Part shown: positions 11,500-24,148 of the stretch, in pieces
How positions within the stretch are numbered: position 1 is the first letter of the stretch
Layout of the letters: every line of letters begins with the position of its first letter
Assembly: GCA_003971905.1 (NCBI GenBank)
Contig: RSEE01000054.1
Location: forward strand, 62,001-126,000
DNA length: 64,000 nucleotides
Source: Moniliella sp. 'wahieum'
Lineage: Eukaryota
Direction: 5' to 3'
Program-made: the position numbers and the translations under genes
Notes under the pieces: generated by a model
The model's input: the letters and a program-made list of their open reading frames with translations, nothing else
What the model was told of the DNA's origin: nothing
The model's database searches: none

Positions 11500-12925
11500 A
11501 GGGGCACGAAGGCCAAAAAGGATGTCCTTCATCAAGTGGAAAAGGGTGCAGATGACGAGTCACTCACTTCGGAGCAGATAGCCTTCTTGGACGGGCGATG
11601 ATGCTGATGAATTGGAGGGGTCGTCGGACGAGGAAGGGGAGGGGGAAGGCGAGTTTGACATGGAGAGACGGAAGACGAAGAGGAGGCCGTAGGGCCAATT
11701 CGACCAACGGCGATGAAGACGACGACGACGATATGATGCTCCCCACCCTGCAAGATGCCGAAGAAAGCATTGCGGCGCTCCAGGGTACAGACCTGAAGAT
11801 TGTCCAGCAGCGTATGCAGGAGACTGGTCCTGACCAACTGGAAGAACTTTGACAAGTCGGACACGAGCGGTGCTCGGAGTCGGGCAGAGTATGTGGAGAT
11901 GCTGCTCGAGGATATCTGTTCCTACTCTGGCTACAATCGGTTCTTGGCCGAGAAGTTTTTTTTTGACCTTTTCGCTCCCGCCGAGGTACGTGGTGTGCTT
12001 AGTAGTGACGTGAATTCAATTTCCGCACCGTGCTGACGTTTGTTGGAATTATCTCTCTTAGGCACTGGAGTTTTTTGAGGCGAATGAGATGCCTCGCCCT
12101 GTCACAATCCGCACCAACACCCTACGCACCCGCAGGAGGGACTTGGCCCAAGCGTTGATCAACCGTAGTGTGTCGCTGGAGCCGTTGGGGGAGTGGTCAA
12201 ATGTGGGGCTGCAAGTGTTTGAGTCGTCGGTACCTGTGGGGGCGACGCCAGAGTATTTAGCCGTGCAGTACATGCTTCAGGCTGCCTCTTCCTTTCTTCG
12301 TTGCATTGCATTGGCACCGCAGCCCCGGGAGCGGGTGTTGGATATGGCATCTGCACCCGGCGGCAAGTCAACGTACCTGTCGGCGCTGATGCAGAACACG
12401 GGAGCGGTGTTTGCCAACGACGCCAAAGGCGCGCATCAAGTCGTTGACGGCAAATGTGCATCGCTTGGGATGCAAGAATGTGGGGGTTTTGCAACTCCTG
12501 GTCGCATGTTCCCCAAGGTGATGGGCGGCTTTGACCGCGTTCTGCTCGACTAGCCTTGCTCTGGCACTGGGGTGATCAGCAAAGATGCCAGTGTCAAGAC
12601 CAACAAGGGTGAGCGCGATATGCAGTTGCTCACCACTTGCAAAAACAACTGATCCTTTGCGCCATTGACTCCATCAATACCCGCTCGCCGACGGGGGGTA
12701 CGTGGTCTATTACTCGACCTGTTCGGTCCTGGTTGAGGAATGACCAATTTTGGCTCCGGTTCGCGTGCGGTCAATCCCGCCTCCACAGGCAAAAACAAGA
12801 AGGTTGCCGCCGCGAAGGCGGGCGAGTCGCTGTTCAACGATGAGGATGAGGATGCCTCCTTGATCCAAAAGTCGCTGGAACAGGCCAGTAAGAAAAGGAG
12901 CAACGGCAAGTCTTCATCTAGGTGA
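11500..12925 (+). CDS. NOP2: 25S rRNA cytosine-C5 methyltransferase NOP2, damaged in this sequence (frameshifts, in-frame TAG, apparent deletions)
   Basis: EANEMPRPVTIRTNTLRTRRRDLAQALINR, ERVLDMASAPGGKST, FPKVMGGFDRVLLD*PCSGTGVISKD, LQKQLILCAIDS, YSTCSV; intron 11986-12061. Confidence 0.85.
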
Positions 12926-14015
12926 GCTCAAGCCCTGGTTTGGCCAATGTGCGGGTATCGCGACTAGCATAATATGGGGGGAGTATAGGTGGACACATTT
13001 TGCGCTATGATAGGGGAGGATGGAGGATTAAGGGTATAGGTCCCGTAAAGGAGCCCACACTGCTACTGTTCTTCTATTTTTTCAGGTATAGTTCCCATCC
13101 ATCCACTGAATCGGTGAGTCGACGGATGTGCCCGGATTGAGGCGACCATAGAGGAGTAGTAAAGGTCGCAGGCGGTGTCTGGTGGAAGATATTTGCACCG
13201 AATGCGGCGCACGCAGGCGGAGTTTTGCGCTGCGGAACCTACGCAATGACATCATGGCCCAACGTCCAACGTCCAACACCGCCACCGGCTCCTGCCTGCC
13301 CAGTTCGGCCGGCTTGTCCGGTTGCGGTTGTGGCCGGTGTGGCACAGGGCCTGCCATCTAAGGACCGACGCCGGCAGTGAGTGTCTCGCTTGAAGCCTGA
13401 GGCTTGAGGCTCTAGCCGAGCCTGCTGCTTGCCGGGAGATTGGAGAGGCCGTGGCCGCAGACACGGGCACTGGCCCCGTGTCCTGCCCCCGTGGCGGCGC
13501 GGGGGTGAGCTCGCCCACCCCAGGGTGCAGGTGGCCAGGGCTGCCCCCGTGCCCCGGCTGCGCGCCGCAACCGAGTACTCCCTAGTACTCCGCACTGCCC
13601 TGCCCTGCCTGCCCTGCCTCCGCCCCCGCGCTTGTTGATCTCCGCCTGATCACCGGTCACCGCGTAGTGCACTAGTCAGCCACTCGGGCATCAGGCCTCA
13701 GGCCTCGGGCTGCTCCATCCCAGTCGTGTCAGCCGCCTCCTTTTCTCCTTTCCTCCTTTTCCCCCACCCATCATCTCACCCTCATCATCGCCCCCGCCTG
13801 CACCATCCCTCCGCTGCTTGGCCCCCACCCCTACTGCCCCTTCTTGCCCTGCACCTGTGCTCTGGCGCCCCGAGTCCACATTGTCCGTCGTCTTACGATC
13901 GCCAGCCTCATCAGAAACACCTGCCCAGCACTCCGTTTCCGTCGCGCCCGCCCCGCTTGCCCCCTGCCACGCCGTTATTGTTGGCTCTTCCTCTCACCTC
14001 GCGGCGACCTTCTTC

Positions 14016-15802
14016 ATGATGCCCCCCTCTCCCACGAGCCAAGAAGCCCCGCCCCCAAATACCGTCTCTGCCGCTGTCCCCCAAGGCCAACTCTGCGTCA
14101 CCGTCCACGGCGCGCGCAACCTGCCAGCTGCACCCCGTCGACCTTACATTGTGGTGAGCTACGACAAGAATGAGTATGTCGGTCATGAAGGGTTGTGTCC
14201 CACACACACTGGATCAGGCTCCGATTTGGTCTTTGCCTCGGCCGTTGCCCAGTCCAACCCAACGTGGAACGATGAGGTGGTGTTTGTGTGACGTCCGCCG
14301 GCCCCAAAGTTCTTGTTTCGGTTTACGACCGCTCTGCCGACGATGATGGCTTTCTGGGCATGCGCGACATTACCCCACTGTTGCAGAACCAGCATACCAG
14401 CGAGCAGTGGTATCCTCTGATTGGCCGAAAGTATGCGTCCGAGGGCGGGCCGTGCCCAGTGGAAAATGCTTTGGAAGAGCGGGGCGAGATCCTGGTCAAG
14501 CTTCGATACGACCGCCATCCGCGCCGCAAACTCACCGTGCGCGATTTTGAGATGATCAAATGGATCGGAAAGGGCACGTTTGGGCGTGTCTTTCAAGTTC
14601 GCAAAAAGGACACACGGCGCATCTACGCAATGAAGGTGCTGAGCAAGCGGGACATTGTAATGAGGAAGGAAGTCGTGCACACCATGGGTGAACGCAAGAT
14701 CCTGGAACAATCCCTGTCATGCCCTTTCTTAGTCGGCCTCAAATTCTCCTTTCAGTCTTCCACGGAGTTGTTTCTGGTAACGGACTACAAGTCAGGGGGC
14801 GAGCTGTTCTGGCATCTTCAGCGTGAGGGTCGCTTTACAGAGGAACGTGCCAAGTTCTACATTGCCGAGCTCGTCCTAGCTTTGGAGCATCTACACAAAT
14901 ACGACATTGTCTATCGTGACCTCAAGCCCGAAAACATTCTCCTCGATGCAACAGGTCATGTTGCGCTCTGTGATTTTGGTCTATCCAAACCCGACCTGGG
15001 CAACGGACAGCGCACCAACACGTTTTGTGGCACCCCCGAATTTCTTGCACCCGAGGTACTACTCGACGAGGCAGGGTATTCCAAGATGATCGACTTTTGG
15101 AGCTTGGGCGTGTACGTGGTTTTTGTCCTCTTCCGCTTATATGCTTGGGCACGCGGTCTGACTTGGATTTCTTGGATAGTTTGCTTTTTGAGATGTGCTG
15201 CGGCTGGTCTCCCTTTTTTGCCGAAGACACCCAGCAAATGTACCGAAACATCTGCTTTGCTAAGATCAAGTTCCCAAGGGGAGCGATCGGGGATGATGGC
15301 AAGCAGTTTGTCAAGGAGCTTCTCAACCGCAACCCCAAACATCGTCTCGGGTACTTGAACGATGCTCTCGACCTCAAGCGACACCCCTTCTTTTCCAACC
15401 TGGACTGGGACTTGCTCGCAACCAAAAAGATCCCGCCGCCCTTCAAGCCGCTTGTCGAATCGGAGGAGTCGGTGGTCAACTTTGATCCTGAGTTTACCGC
15501 CACCGATTTGCGCTCGGTTGCACGACATGGAGGGGATCGATTTGGCAGAGGATGCTCAACTAGGCCATGACCATGGAAATGAGGAGGAGGACGAATGCTT
15601 CTCTTCGGCACTGCAGCGTCGGTTTTCAGGCTTCTCCTATTCAGGTAAGGACGATGGTACGCCCGTCGGTGGCAGGTCCCGGCGTGGATCGGCTTTCACT
15701 TCATCCCTTGCCTTTGGGGGGGGCATGTTGTTTATGACCCCTCTCCCAGCCGAGGAACCGGCGCCTTCATTACAAGATCCTGTGGTTGGACCGCAAGCCT
15801 GA
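14016..15802 (+). CDS. SCH9: AGC-family Ser/Thr kinase with C2 domain, Sch9/Sck1 type
   Basis: C2 segment (LCVTVHGARNL...NPTWNDEVVF); [67 protein letters not shown]; hydrophobic motif FSGFSY; intron 15112-15178. Confidence 0.9.
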
Positions 15803-16444
15803 GTTCCTCCCCCGCAGCATGATCAACCTCATCATGCCTTCATACTACTTCCTCTATACCGACAATATGTAAGCGCATTTCGTTCTCCGTTATTCTCAGG
15901 GGCCACCCATATGCTATTGTTTCTATACTCTTGCCCCTGCATTGCTTTCCTCCCCTTGGTTTCCTTACATGGGTTTCCTGTATTGAAGCCCACTCTCCAT
16001 TGAGAGTGTAAAAGGGCAAATCAGACAACCTCACTCTTCTTATTATGACCAATACACACTGAATAACTCTTCTTCCCATGGGATCGGTATTGACATATAC
16101 ATTCGTCACATGAAGAATGCGATGTTGGGGTTTTGGCCACGGGAGATCGGCAGAAAAGGAAATCCCGCACCAAGTCACCCCCTTCTGTCGCTCCACACCG
16201 CATCCTCTACTCTACTTCACAGCGCCCTTCCAAACGTCCTGGAAGTGTGTTGTTGGCCTACTGGTGCAACAACCGCAGCGAGAAGGAGGCCGCAGGCCAG
16301 GATGCGCGTTTCAGGATTGCCCCCTTGCCCTGAATTGGCACTGGCTGATGCTCTTGGACTGCCACTTGGTTCCAAGATACACGAACATGACTGCGGTCTG
16401 GCACAAGCAGTAACATGATTATAGGTAGCAAGCATAACCGCGCT

Positions 16445-18181
16445 TCAGACCGAACCGACAATCAAGAGTTCCAGCACAATGCGGCCCACTGGGCTCCAGG
16501 GCGCCCAATCTGGCACCTCGCTGATCTCGGTCACGGTCGGATCGGTTGGTGCAGAGAGAGGGAGAGACGGTGAAGCTGTAGAGGAAGGCAAGGCCGAGTG
16601 GGGATTTACCTTGCGTGCAGCCGCCTGCCGAGCACGCAGGGCCGACGTCCAGGTCACCTGTTCGCTGCCGACCTCACTGGCCTCTCCTTGCGCTGCCGGC
16701 ATGCCGGCTACCACGGCGGCCACGCGGAAGAGACGCTGCTCAAGCTTGTGCAACGCCGCACTCTTGCCTGGTTGCAAGAACGAGGTGTCCACATCTGCAT
16801 CTTCCTTCTCATCGCCCGCATCCACTCCGCTCGCGCTCGCTCCCACTCCGTTCGGTGCACCAGCATTCGCCCCTGCTCGAGCTCGGGCTCGGAAGGGTGC
16901 CGCGTCCGGGGCTTGGTGGGCGGTAACCCGAGTGACTGCAACCGGCTCCACCCGCCCGGAAGAGGGGTCGTTGGTTGGGTCGGTAGGGAAAGCGGGTGCC
17001 ATGAAGCTGACATAGACCTCGGGCGCGGGGGGAGGAGCGTAAGATGAACGACCCACGTGCCCCATCCCTCTTGACCAGTTGGTGGGCAGCGTTCCAGGTG
17101 TAAGCGGAACGGTCGGTCTCGCTTGCCCGGTGGGGTGGCAGACGGGAACGTCGCAACCAGCCATGTTTGCAGCGCTGCCAGATATTGCTCGGCGCTTTGG
17201 CGTGTATACGGCGCGGAGGGTTCGGACCCAAGATGGGAAATCACTTCGATCGGCAACATGGCATGTCGAACCGATTCGGTAGCCCCATCCGGCGGGGTTC
17301 TGTATCGCACACATTAAGTTAGAAATGGTCGAGGGAAGCAAGACGGGACTTACTGAACAGAAGCCAGGACGGGGGTAGACCGAGCCTGTGTGCGAGGCGT
17401 TCAGCCTGGGGAGCAGCCACACCAAGGCGCAGACGTTTGCGCACATGATCGTTTCGAGCCCGCATTGCGCGAAGGGAATGTTGCCCTTGAAGAAGACGCA
17501 CCACCAATGCCAAGGGAGAAGGGCTGGGCTCTATCGCCCCGTCGGGGCCCTTGGTAGAAGGCAGGGAGGTAGCCAATCGAGCGGTACCGCTATAAAGCGA
17601 CTCCATAAGAGACTGTGTCGCTGCATCGCAGTCTTGTACCGAGTCTCGATGCTGGGCATGCCAAACCCCGAGTAGGCTTGGTTCATCTGGGCAAGAACAG
17701 CGCCATTAGGCGCTTGGAGAGGGACCAGCAAATCGGGAAGCTGCTGTACCAATCCTGTTGGTGGCGGCACCACAGAGGCGGAGGCAGAAGTTCCACTAGG
17801 ACGGGTGGTAGTATTTTGGCTTGTGACAGGAGCAGGCGTCTGGGTCGATGGAGGCGGTGGTGGGCGGGGCTGCTGCATCAGAGGTGCATCGTCCGACTCA
17901 TCCGAGTCAGAATCAGCGCCGCCGACAGGTGGGGGCGGTGGCGGCACATTCGTCACCTTGTTCACCTCGGTAGAGGAAGATTCGGGCTGGAGGGAAAGGG
18001 GATCGAGCCATCCGGATGTGGAAGTGGCAGGCCCGATGGAGCTGTCGAGCATTTGGAGCAGGGTCTGCAACTGGCTGATGGACTGCCGCAGCTCAGCCGC
18101 TGTGGGAGGGCGTGGAGGCACGGTGCCCTCGCCATTTAGAATTGGCAGCGAGTCTGTGCCCCCCGACACTGTCCGCTTCAT
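16445..18181 (-). CDS. Hypothetical Pro/Ser-rich protein (split by a frameshift)
   Basis: Consecutive long minus-strand ORFs 17531-18376 and 16445-17446 with coding-like composition; no family recognised. Confidence 0.45.
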
Positions 18182-19685
18182 GGTGCGCGCGGCTTTGGTG
18201 GAGATGGTGATGGAGACGGAGGCAAGACGGAGTTGGCGCTGGCGGTGGGGCGATGGTTGATGCTGGCGACGACTGCCAGGACACTTGTCCAAGAGGGCGG
18301 CTATGTCACATTTCATTGTTGCATTTTGGATCTGGCCTAGCGAGGCGGTGATCGGTGATCGATAATCGATAATCATGAATCACGCGCACGCGTCGTGAGG
18401 CCCTTTTGGTATGCGCCCATGGAGGAAGAGAGGGTTTATTAACCTGTGGTCTTGTTGCGCACAACTTCTTTCATTGACCACTTTCTTCCATTTCACGGAC
18501 TGTTGTTTTCGATACTGTGAGAGCTCCGCGCAGCATGCATGCCCATTGCTTAGGAGCTCAGCAAATTCCCCTTTTGGCCCCTCAAGCTGGAATTAATATG
18601 TCTCCGCGTTTGTATAACTTTTTTACCACTACACCTCGTCCACTTGCCGTGGCAGTTTGGTCACCTGTCAAACTTTGGACCTAGTCTAGCCTAGAACTTG
18701 CAGGATGCTCCATAACAAGACGGCCATGCTCTATAGAGGAAGAAACTGGGCAACGAACCGCGGAAGCGACGTTGTTTACTAGCCATTTCCTGTGGAGCTC
18801 ATTCCTTTTATGCTAAACAAAGAACCGCTAGCACATTTAGCCATGCACTAACAAGTGAATCAAGTCTCACGTTTACATGCCATAGGGAGAGAAGGGAGGA
18901 GAGAGAAGGAATAATGAATGGGAGTATGTAGACTGAGTGACATAGCCATCCAGGCGAACCACAATCATCCTTCTTCCAACCATCTCCACCATGACCATTC
19001 CAAGAACAGAGCGCGCACTCCATGTTCCCATATTTACTATCACGCCACGCTGATGTCTGCTGCTCGGTCAATTCAAGGCTCCACCACTGACCACGGCTGC
19101 AAGCTCTCCGTCGTCGGTGTGGGGCAGCGATAATAACATGTTTTCTCCTCTCGCGTCCGAGTGGTGGAAAGAAAAGGGAAAATTTGGTTTGCTGCACGTC
19201 ATTCTCCTCTCTCGCGTTCAGTTTATTTGAGAAAAAGATGGAGGAGTTGGCCCAGATGGAAGCGCTAACTTTTCGTTCATTCGGGGAACCATGGCCTCTG
19301 TCCCATCTGGGAGGCAGAGGGCATTGTGGGGATCGATGCCATTATACGGCGTGAAACATTGGGATTGCCTCTGAGCATACAGCCCAAGATCCATGATAGG
19401 TATCTGCAGCCACCTCAATCCGGCACCAAGGAGAGTGAGGTCAGGCATTGAGGAGATGGAGAGGTGGAGGAGCTGTGTGCGGGACAAAACAACCTGTGGG
19501 ACTGGCGGGTGTGATGTGGTGGAAACTGGCCGGACAAAATAAAACCTGAACCGAGGTCACTTTAAGTACGCACAAAACATTGAAACTGGGGTTGGCGGAA
19601 TTCGAGCGGAACCCCTTGTTCTTCGGATCGTTGGCCATAGGTTGCTGGCCCCGTCCTACGCTTCGCACCGACCGCCATCATCATC

Positions 19686-20298
19686 ATGTCACTGTCCTGG
19701 GTGAGTCAGGCGCTGGCCCGGGGGACGGTGCGCGTCAAGTGGACAGGATCCACCGTGTCGGTTGCCCTCCGCTTGCCTGCCCTTCCGCCCGCTCTGCCAC
19801 CTCGGGGCCTGACACCTGCCGTGGCTGCGCCGGGCTGTGACCACCTCCACCACGCCACTCCTGCGCCCGAGGAGGATGCACTGAAGTGGGATGGGCTGTT
19901 GAAGGGTGTCCAGAAGCAAAAGAACTCACACAAAATGACCCGTACTCGCAATTCGGCCAATTCGAAGCTGTACCCCACTGTTGGTACGTCCCTTCGGTCG
20001 GCCTTGGGTGAAAGGGTCGTTGCAGATAGCTGACCAGATGTCTCTTTTCCATCCAGCCCTGGTACACTGCCCTGGATGTGGCAAGCCAAAGCGCATGCAT
20101 CACCTGTGCGAGTACTGCTTCAGCCAGATCAATCGCTGGCAAAAGCTCGAGTTTGGTCGGTCGAACAAGGAGCGGGATGTGTTGCTGCAGCAAATCAACA
20201 ACCTCCCCATTGAGCCGGCCACGGGGAAGCCGCAGTTGGCCTCCCAAAAGCAGGACAAGATTAAGCCCCCCAAGGCCACACCATCACAGAATCAGTAG
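19686..20298 (+). CDS. MRPL32: Mitochondrial ribosomal protein bL32m
   Basis: Basic presequence, GVQKQKNSHKMTRTR, zinc-ribbon CPGCGKPKRMHHLCEYC; intron 19984-20056. Confidence 0.8.
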
Positions 20299-20599
20299 TT
20301 CCAGGATGTGCATGATTTTTGACACAGCCTAGCTGCAACTGCAGTTACAATTATACCGGCCGAAGGCCAGAGATGGTCGTCGAGAGGGTTGTAGAAGCGA
20401 GTGCTCCCAGAACGCTGCCCTCTTTACCCAGCACCACACGTTGAACCGGTGCAAGTTGCACAATTTCAATTTTGTCTTTTTTTTTCTGCGGCGGCGGCTT
20501 GCAGGCCGGGAGTTTTCGACAGCTGCGCGCTCGTCTTCATCGTCTGCGCCACCGCCGCCACCACCACCACCAGCCCCACCAGCCCCACCGCCGCCCACT

Positions 20600-22320
20600 A
20601 TGGACTACGTTGTGCCCGAGCGTTCGGCAGGATGGTACTCTGTGCCGACTGCGGTGTGCCCATCACGCCCAACAGTGCCAACCTGTGCTGACCTGCCTGC
20701 GGAACTCGATGACATTACCGATGGCATTCCTAAGCAGGCCACTGTCAACTTTTGCCGCAACTGTGAGCGGTACCTGAACCCGCCAGCCCAGTGGGTCCAG
20801 GCCCGCCTCGAGTCGCGGGAGCTTTTGGCGATCTGTCTCAAGAAGCTCAAGGGTCTCAACAAGGTCCGCCTGATTGATGCTGGCTTTATCTGGACCGAAC
20901 CCCATTCCAAGCGGCTGCGGGTCAAATTGACGGTGCAAAAGGAGGTTTGACCAATACCGTGCTCCAGCAGATTTTCGAGGTTGTTTTTGTGGTTCAGTAT
21001 GGACAGTGCCCCGACTGTACCCGGTTGGCAGCCAAGAACACCTGGAAAGCGATGGTGCAGCTGCGGCAAAAGGTGCCGCACAAACGCACCTTTTTGTATC
21101 TCGAACAACTCATTCTCAAGCACAATGCGCATCGCGACACTGTTTCCATCCGGGAGGCTAAGGATGGCCTCGATTTCTTTTATGTCCAGGGGCCATGCAC
21201 TGCGGATGTGCGACTTTCTTTCGACGGTGGTGCCGATTCGGGTGAGCAAGTCGGAAGAGCTGGTGTCGACGGATGTGCACACGAGCCATAGCAACTACAA
21301 ATTTACTACTCGGTCGAGATTGCACCGATTTGCAAGGATGACCTGATTGTTCTTCCGCGCCCGATGGCCAAAAGCTTGGCAACATTGGCCAGATTGTGGT
21401 TTGCTCCCGCATCACCAATTCCATCCGCCTCTTGGACCCGACGACGCTCCAAAGTGTCGATGTACCTGCGGAAAAGTACTGGAAGGATCCGTTTCAGAGC
21501 CTTGCCTCCATCCCTGAGCTCGTCGAGTTCCTCGTACTGGACATTGAGACGAACACTCAGGCCAATTATGCCGCGGCCATCGGATCGGAGGCCACACCTC
21601 CAATGATGCCAAGTGGGTCGAAGCCGATGCCCAAGTGAGCCCGATGAATGCCACTTCGTTTGGGGAAGCGGATGCTGTCTATCACACCCGTACCCATCTC
21701 GGCCGTCTGTTGGCCGCTGGCGACCAGGCCATGGGCTATCACCTCCGCATCGCCAACTTTAACAACGATGCGTGGGACACTGTGCCGGCAGAGCGCGTGC
21801 CGGACACCGTCTTGGTGCGCAAGTCGTACCCGGATAGCAAAAAGCGCCGCAACCGGCGTATGTGGAAGCTCAAGTCAATCGCCAAGGAGGCCGGGCCGAC
21901 GACGACACCAAGAACCTTCCTCCGGTGCGTCGGCAGTGAACCGGGACCTGGGCGCAGATGGCGGCAAGGGTGCGATTGGTCGTCGGGGCGGCTTGGATGG
22001 CCAACGGGTGCAGCGCGACTACGAATGTTCCTTGCGCAATTGGGGAGGACGAGGAGATGCGGGCCAATGTCAACATTTACCGTGACACTGCTAAGGAACA
22101 AGCACGGGAGGAGCGCAAGCGTGCGATCCGCGAGGCTCGCCAACGGGAACTGCTCGATGCCATGGACATGGACGATGGTCCTGCGGTTCACCCTGAAGAG
22201 GACGAAGGGATCAATACCGATGGCGAGTCTGAATGGGGTGATGACGATGTGCCTACCATTCCTCTCGACGACTTGCTGGATGAGATGGACGAGATGCACA
22301 TGGACCACGAAGACGAGTAG
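20600..22320 (+). CDS. NMD3: 60S ribosomal export adaptor NMD3
   Basis: LCADCGVPITPNSANLC, FCRNCERYLNPP, ESRELLAICLKKLKGLNKVRLIDAGFIWTEPHSKRLRVK, QLRQKVPHKRTFLYLEQLILKH, acidic C-terminus with NES-like IPLDDLLDEM. Confidence 0.95.
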
Positions 22321-22402
22321 CCTGGCCCAATTCACCGTCCCCTTCCCTCCCTTTGCACTATGTACTCCACCATGCATGCTTCCTCTTGAATATCTGACCC
22401 AT

Positions 22403-23372
22403 TTAATTGGATCGAGAGATAAAGAACCACTTGTCTACCGAAGGGTCGATGGGGGCGGGAGGTTGAGCACTACCTGGAACTGGGACGTCGGAAGTGAACC
22501 CCTGGTCCCCTCCAAGGTCACATTGACAATCGAGGTCTTGCCTGCGTCGGCTTGCCCTTCACGAGATGATCCCAAGCCTGGTGGCACTCGCGCACAATCT
22601 CGCTGGCATACTTGCGATCCTTGGCCTGCCCCGAGAAGGCAAACTGGTTCTCAGGCTTGCCGTCGGGAACCTTGTAGATGCGGAACCAGTCGGTAGTGGC
22701 GCTGAGCAGGCCAGGGAGGTGCGTCTCGACGTCCTGAATATCGTTGAGCTGAGGCGCAAGCGGATCGTTGACGTCAATCACAATCACTTCCAGTCGGTCT
22801 CACCCTCATCCAGTAGAGCCATCACACCCCAGCACCTTGACCTGCTTGACCTGGCCGTGTACCCCACCTCTTGGCCAATTTCGCACACGTCACAGGATCA
22901 TTGTCGCCCTTGGCGAGGGTCGGGATGGACGTGGTCGGGATCCTCAAACGTTTGCGGGAAGGCGCCGTAGTTCCAAATATACCCCTTGTGCGGGAAGCAG
23001 TTTCTTACGTAGCGCAGCGTGCCCTTTTTTGGTGTCTTGGAGGATGGGGTTGAGCCGCTCGGATTTGCTGATCTCCTGCTTGGCGTTGGACCAACGCGGG
23101 ATTTCTACCACCATGTTCAAGATAGACTGGCTGGCATTGGCATAGAGGGGGATGTCGTGGAAGGGGGACGGGCTTGCCGTTGTGGGTCACGAAGACGCGG
23201 TAGTCTGGGGTACACGGGTCAGATCAGGTTGGGGAGGCAAGCAGGAGGGCGGACGTACCCAGTGTGTTTGCGGCGCCCAGCTGACGGATGGCGTATTGGG
23301 AGGGCAAGCCGCGGTAGACAAGTGGCGGGCAGTGGAGGAGAGGCGGTGGGCCGCGCGGGTGAGGTGGGCCAT
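22403..23372 (-). CDS. IPP1: Inorganic pyrophosphatase with N-terminal mitochondrial-presequence-like extension
   Basis: [53 protein letters not shown]-terminal [13 protein letters not shown]. Confidence 0.92.
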
Positions 23373-24148
23373 GGCGGAGGAGGTGGGGGGGGGGATAGGT
23401 TAGAAGGACACTGCGGAAGCCAGGCCAAGTCAAGCCAAGCCAAGCCAATTAGCTAGCCGACCGGGGAAAATAGAATTCTTCCGGAGGGGCAGCCGGGAGG
23501 ATGCTCGATGCCAACCCAACGGCCAAACGGAGGAACCCTAGCGCGCGCCGGGACGGTGACATAAGCAAACTGGGAAAGGACAAGAAGGGCGGGGAGTTAG
23601 GGTTGGGCAGGTTAGCACCTGAGAGAGCGGCGCGATGGACAGCATGAGCGTTCAAGTGGGCGTTGGATGTGCTGCGCTGGGGTGCGCTGCACGGCGGCAG
23701 CCGGCGGCGGGCAGAGGCGCCGTGGGGCGTGGGGGCTGCCGGCACGGTTTGAAGCACGCCGCGAACACGCACGGCGCCAGTGTGGGCGCCGGTGTGCCCC
23801 GAGGCAGTGCGCAGTGCCCGAGGCGGCGCGGTGCCCGCCGGTGCTGGGCGCTGGCGGCTGTCCGAGACAGACATCCCCGCCGGCGTGGCCGAGCTCGGGG
23901 GCGGCGGGGCGGCGAGGTGGCGGCGAGGCAGCTGCGCCGGCAGCGCACATGGCATGCATAATGCAGAATGGCAAGGCAGGCACTGCAGAGCACCAGCTAC
24001 AGCACGTTCCTGGCTGCCTGCCTGGCTGCCGTCTGCCTCCTGGCTCGAGCACAGCACACACACTACTCAGCGCGCTCCCAGCCCCACCAGCTCCCCGCCC
24101 CCTTTCTGCTCTTCCTCTCCCCCACCCTCCCCTCCCCACCGCCCCGCC

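Noticed and set aside
18700..19500. Short ORFs upstream of MRPL32
   Set aside because: No recognisable product or RNA structure.
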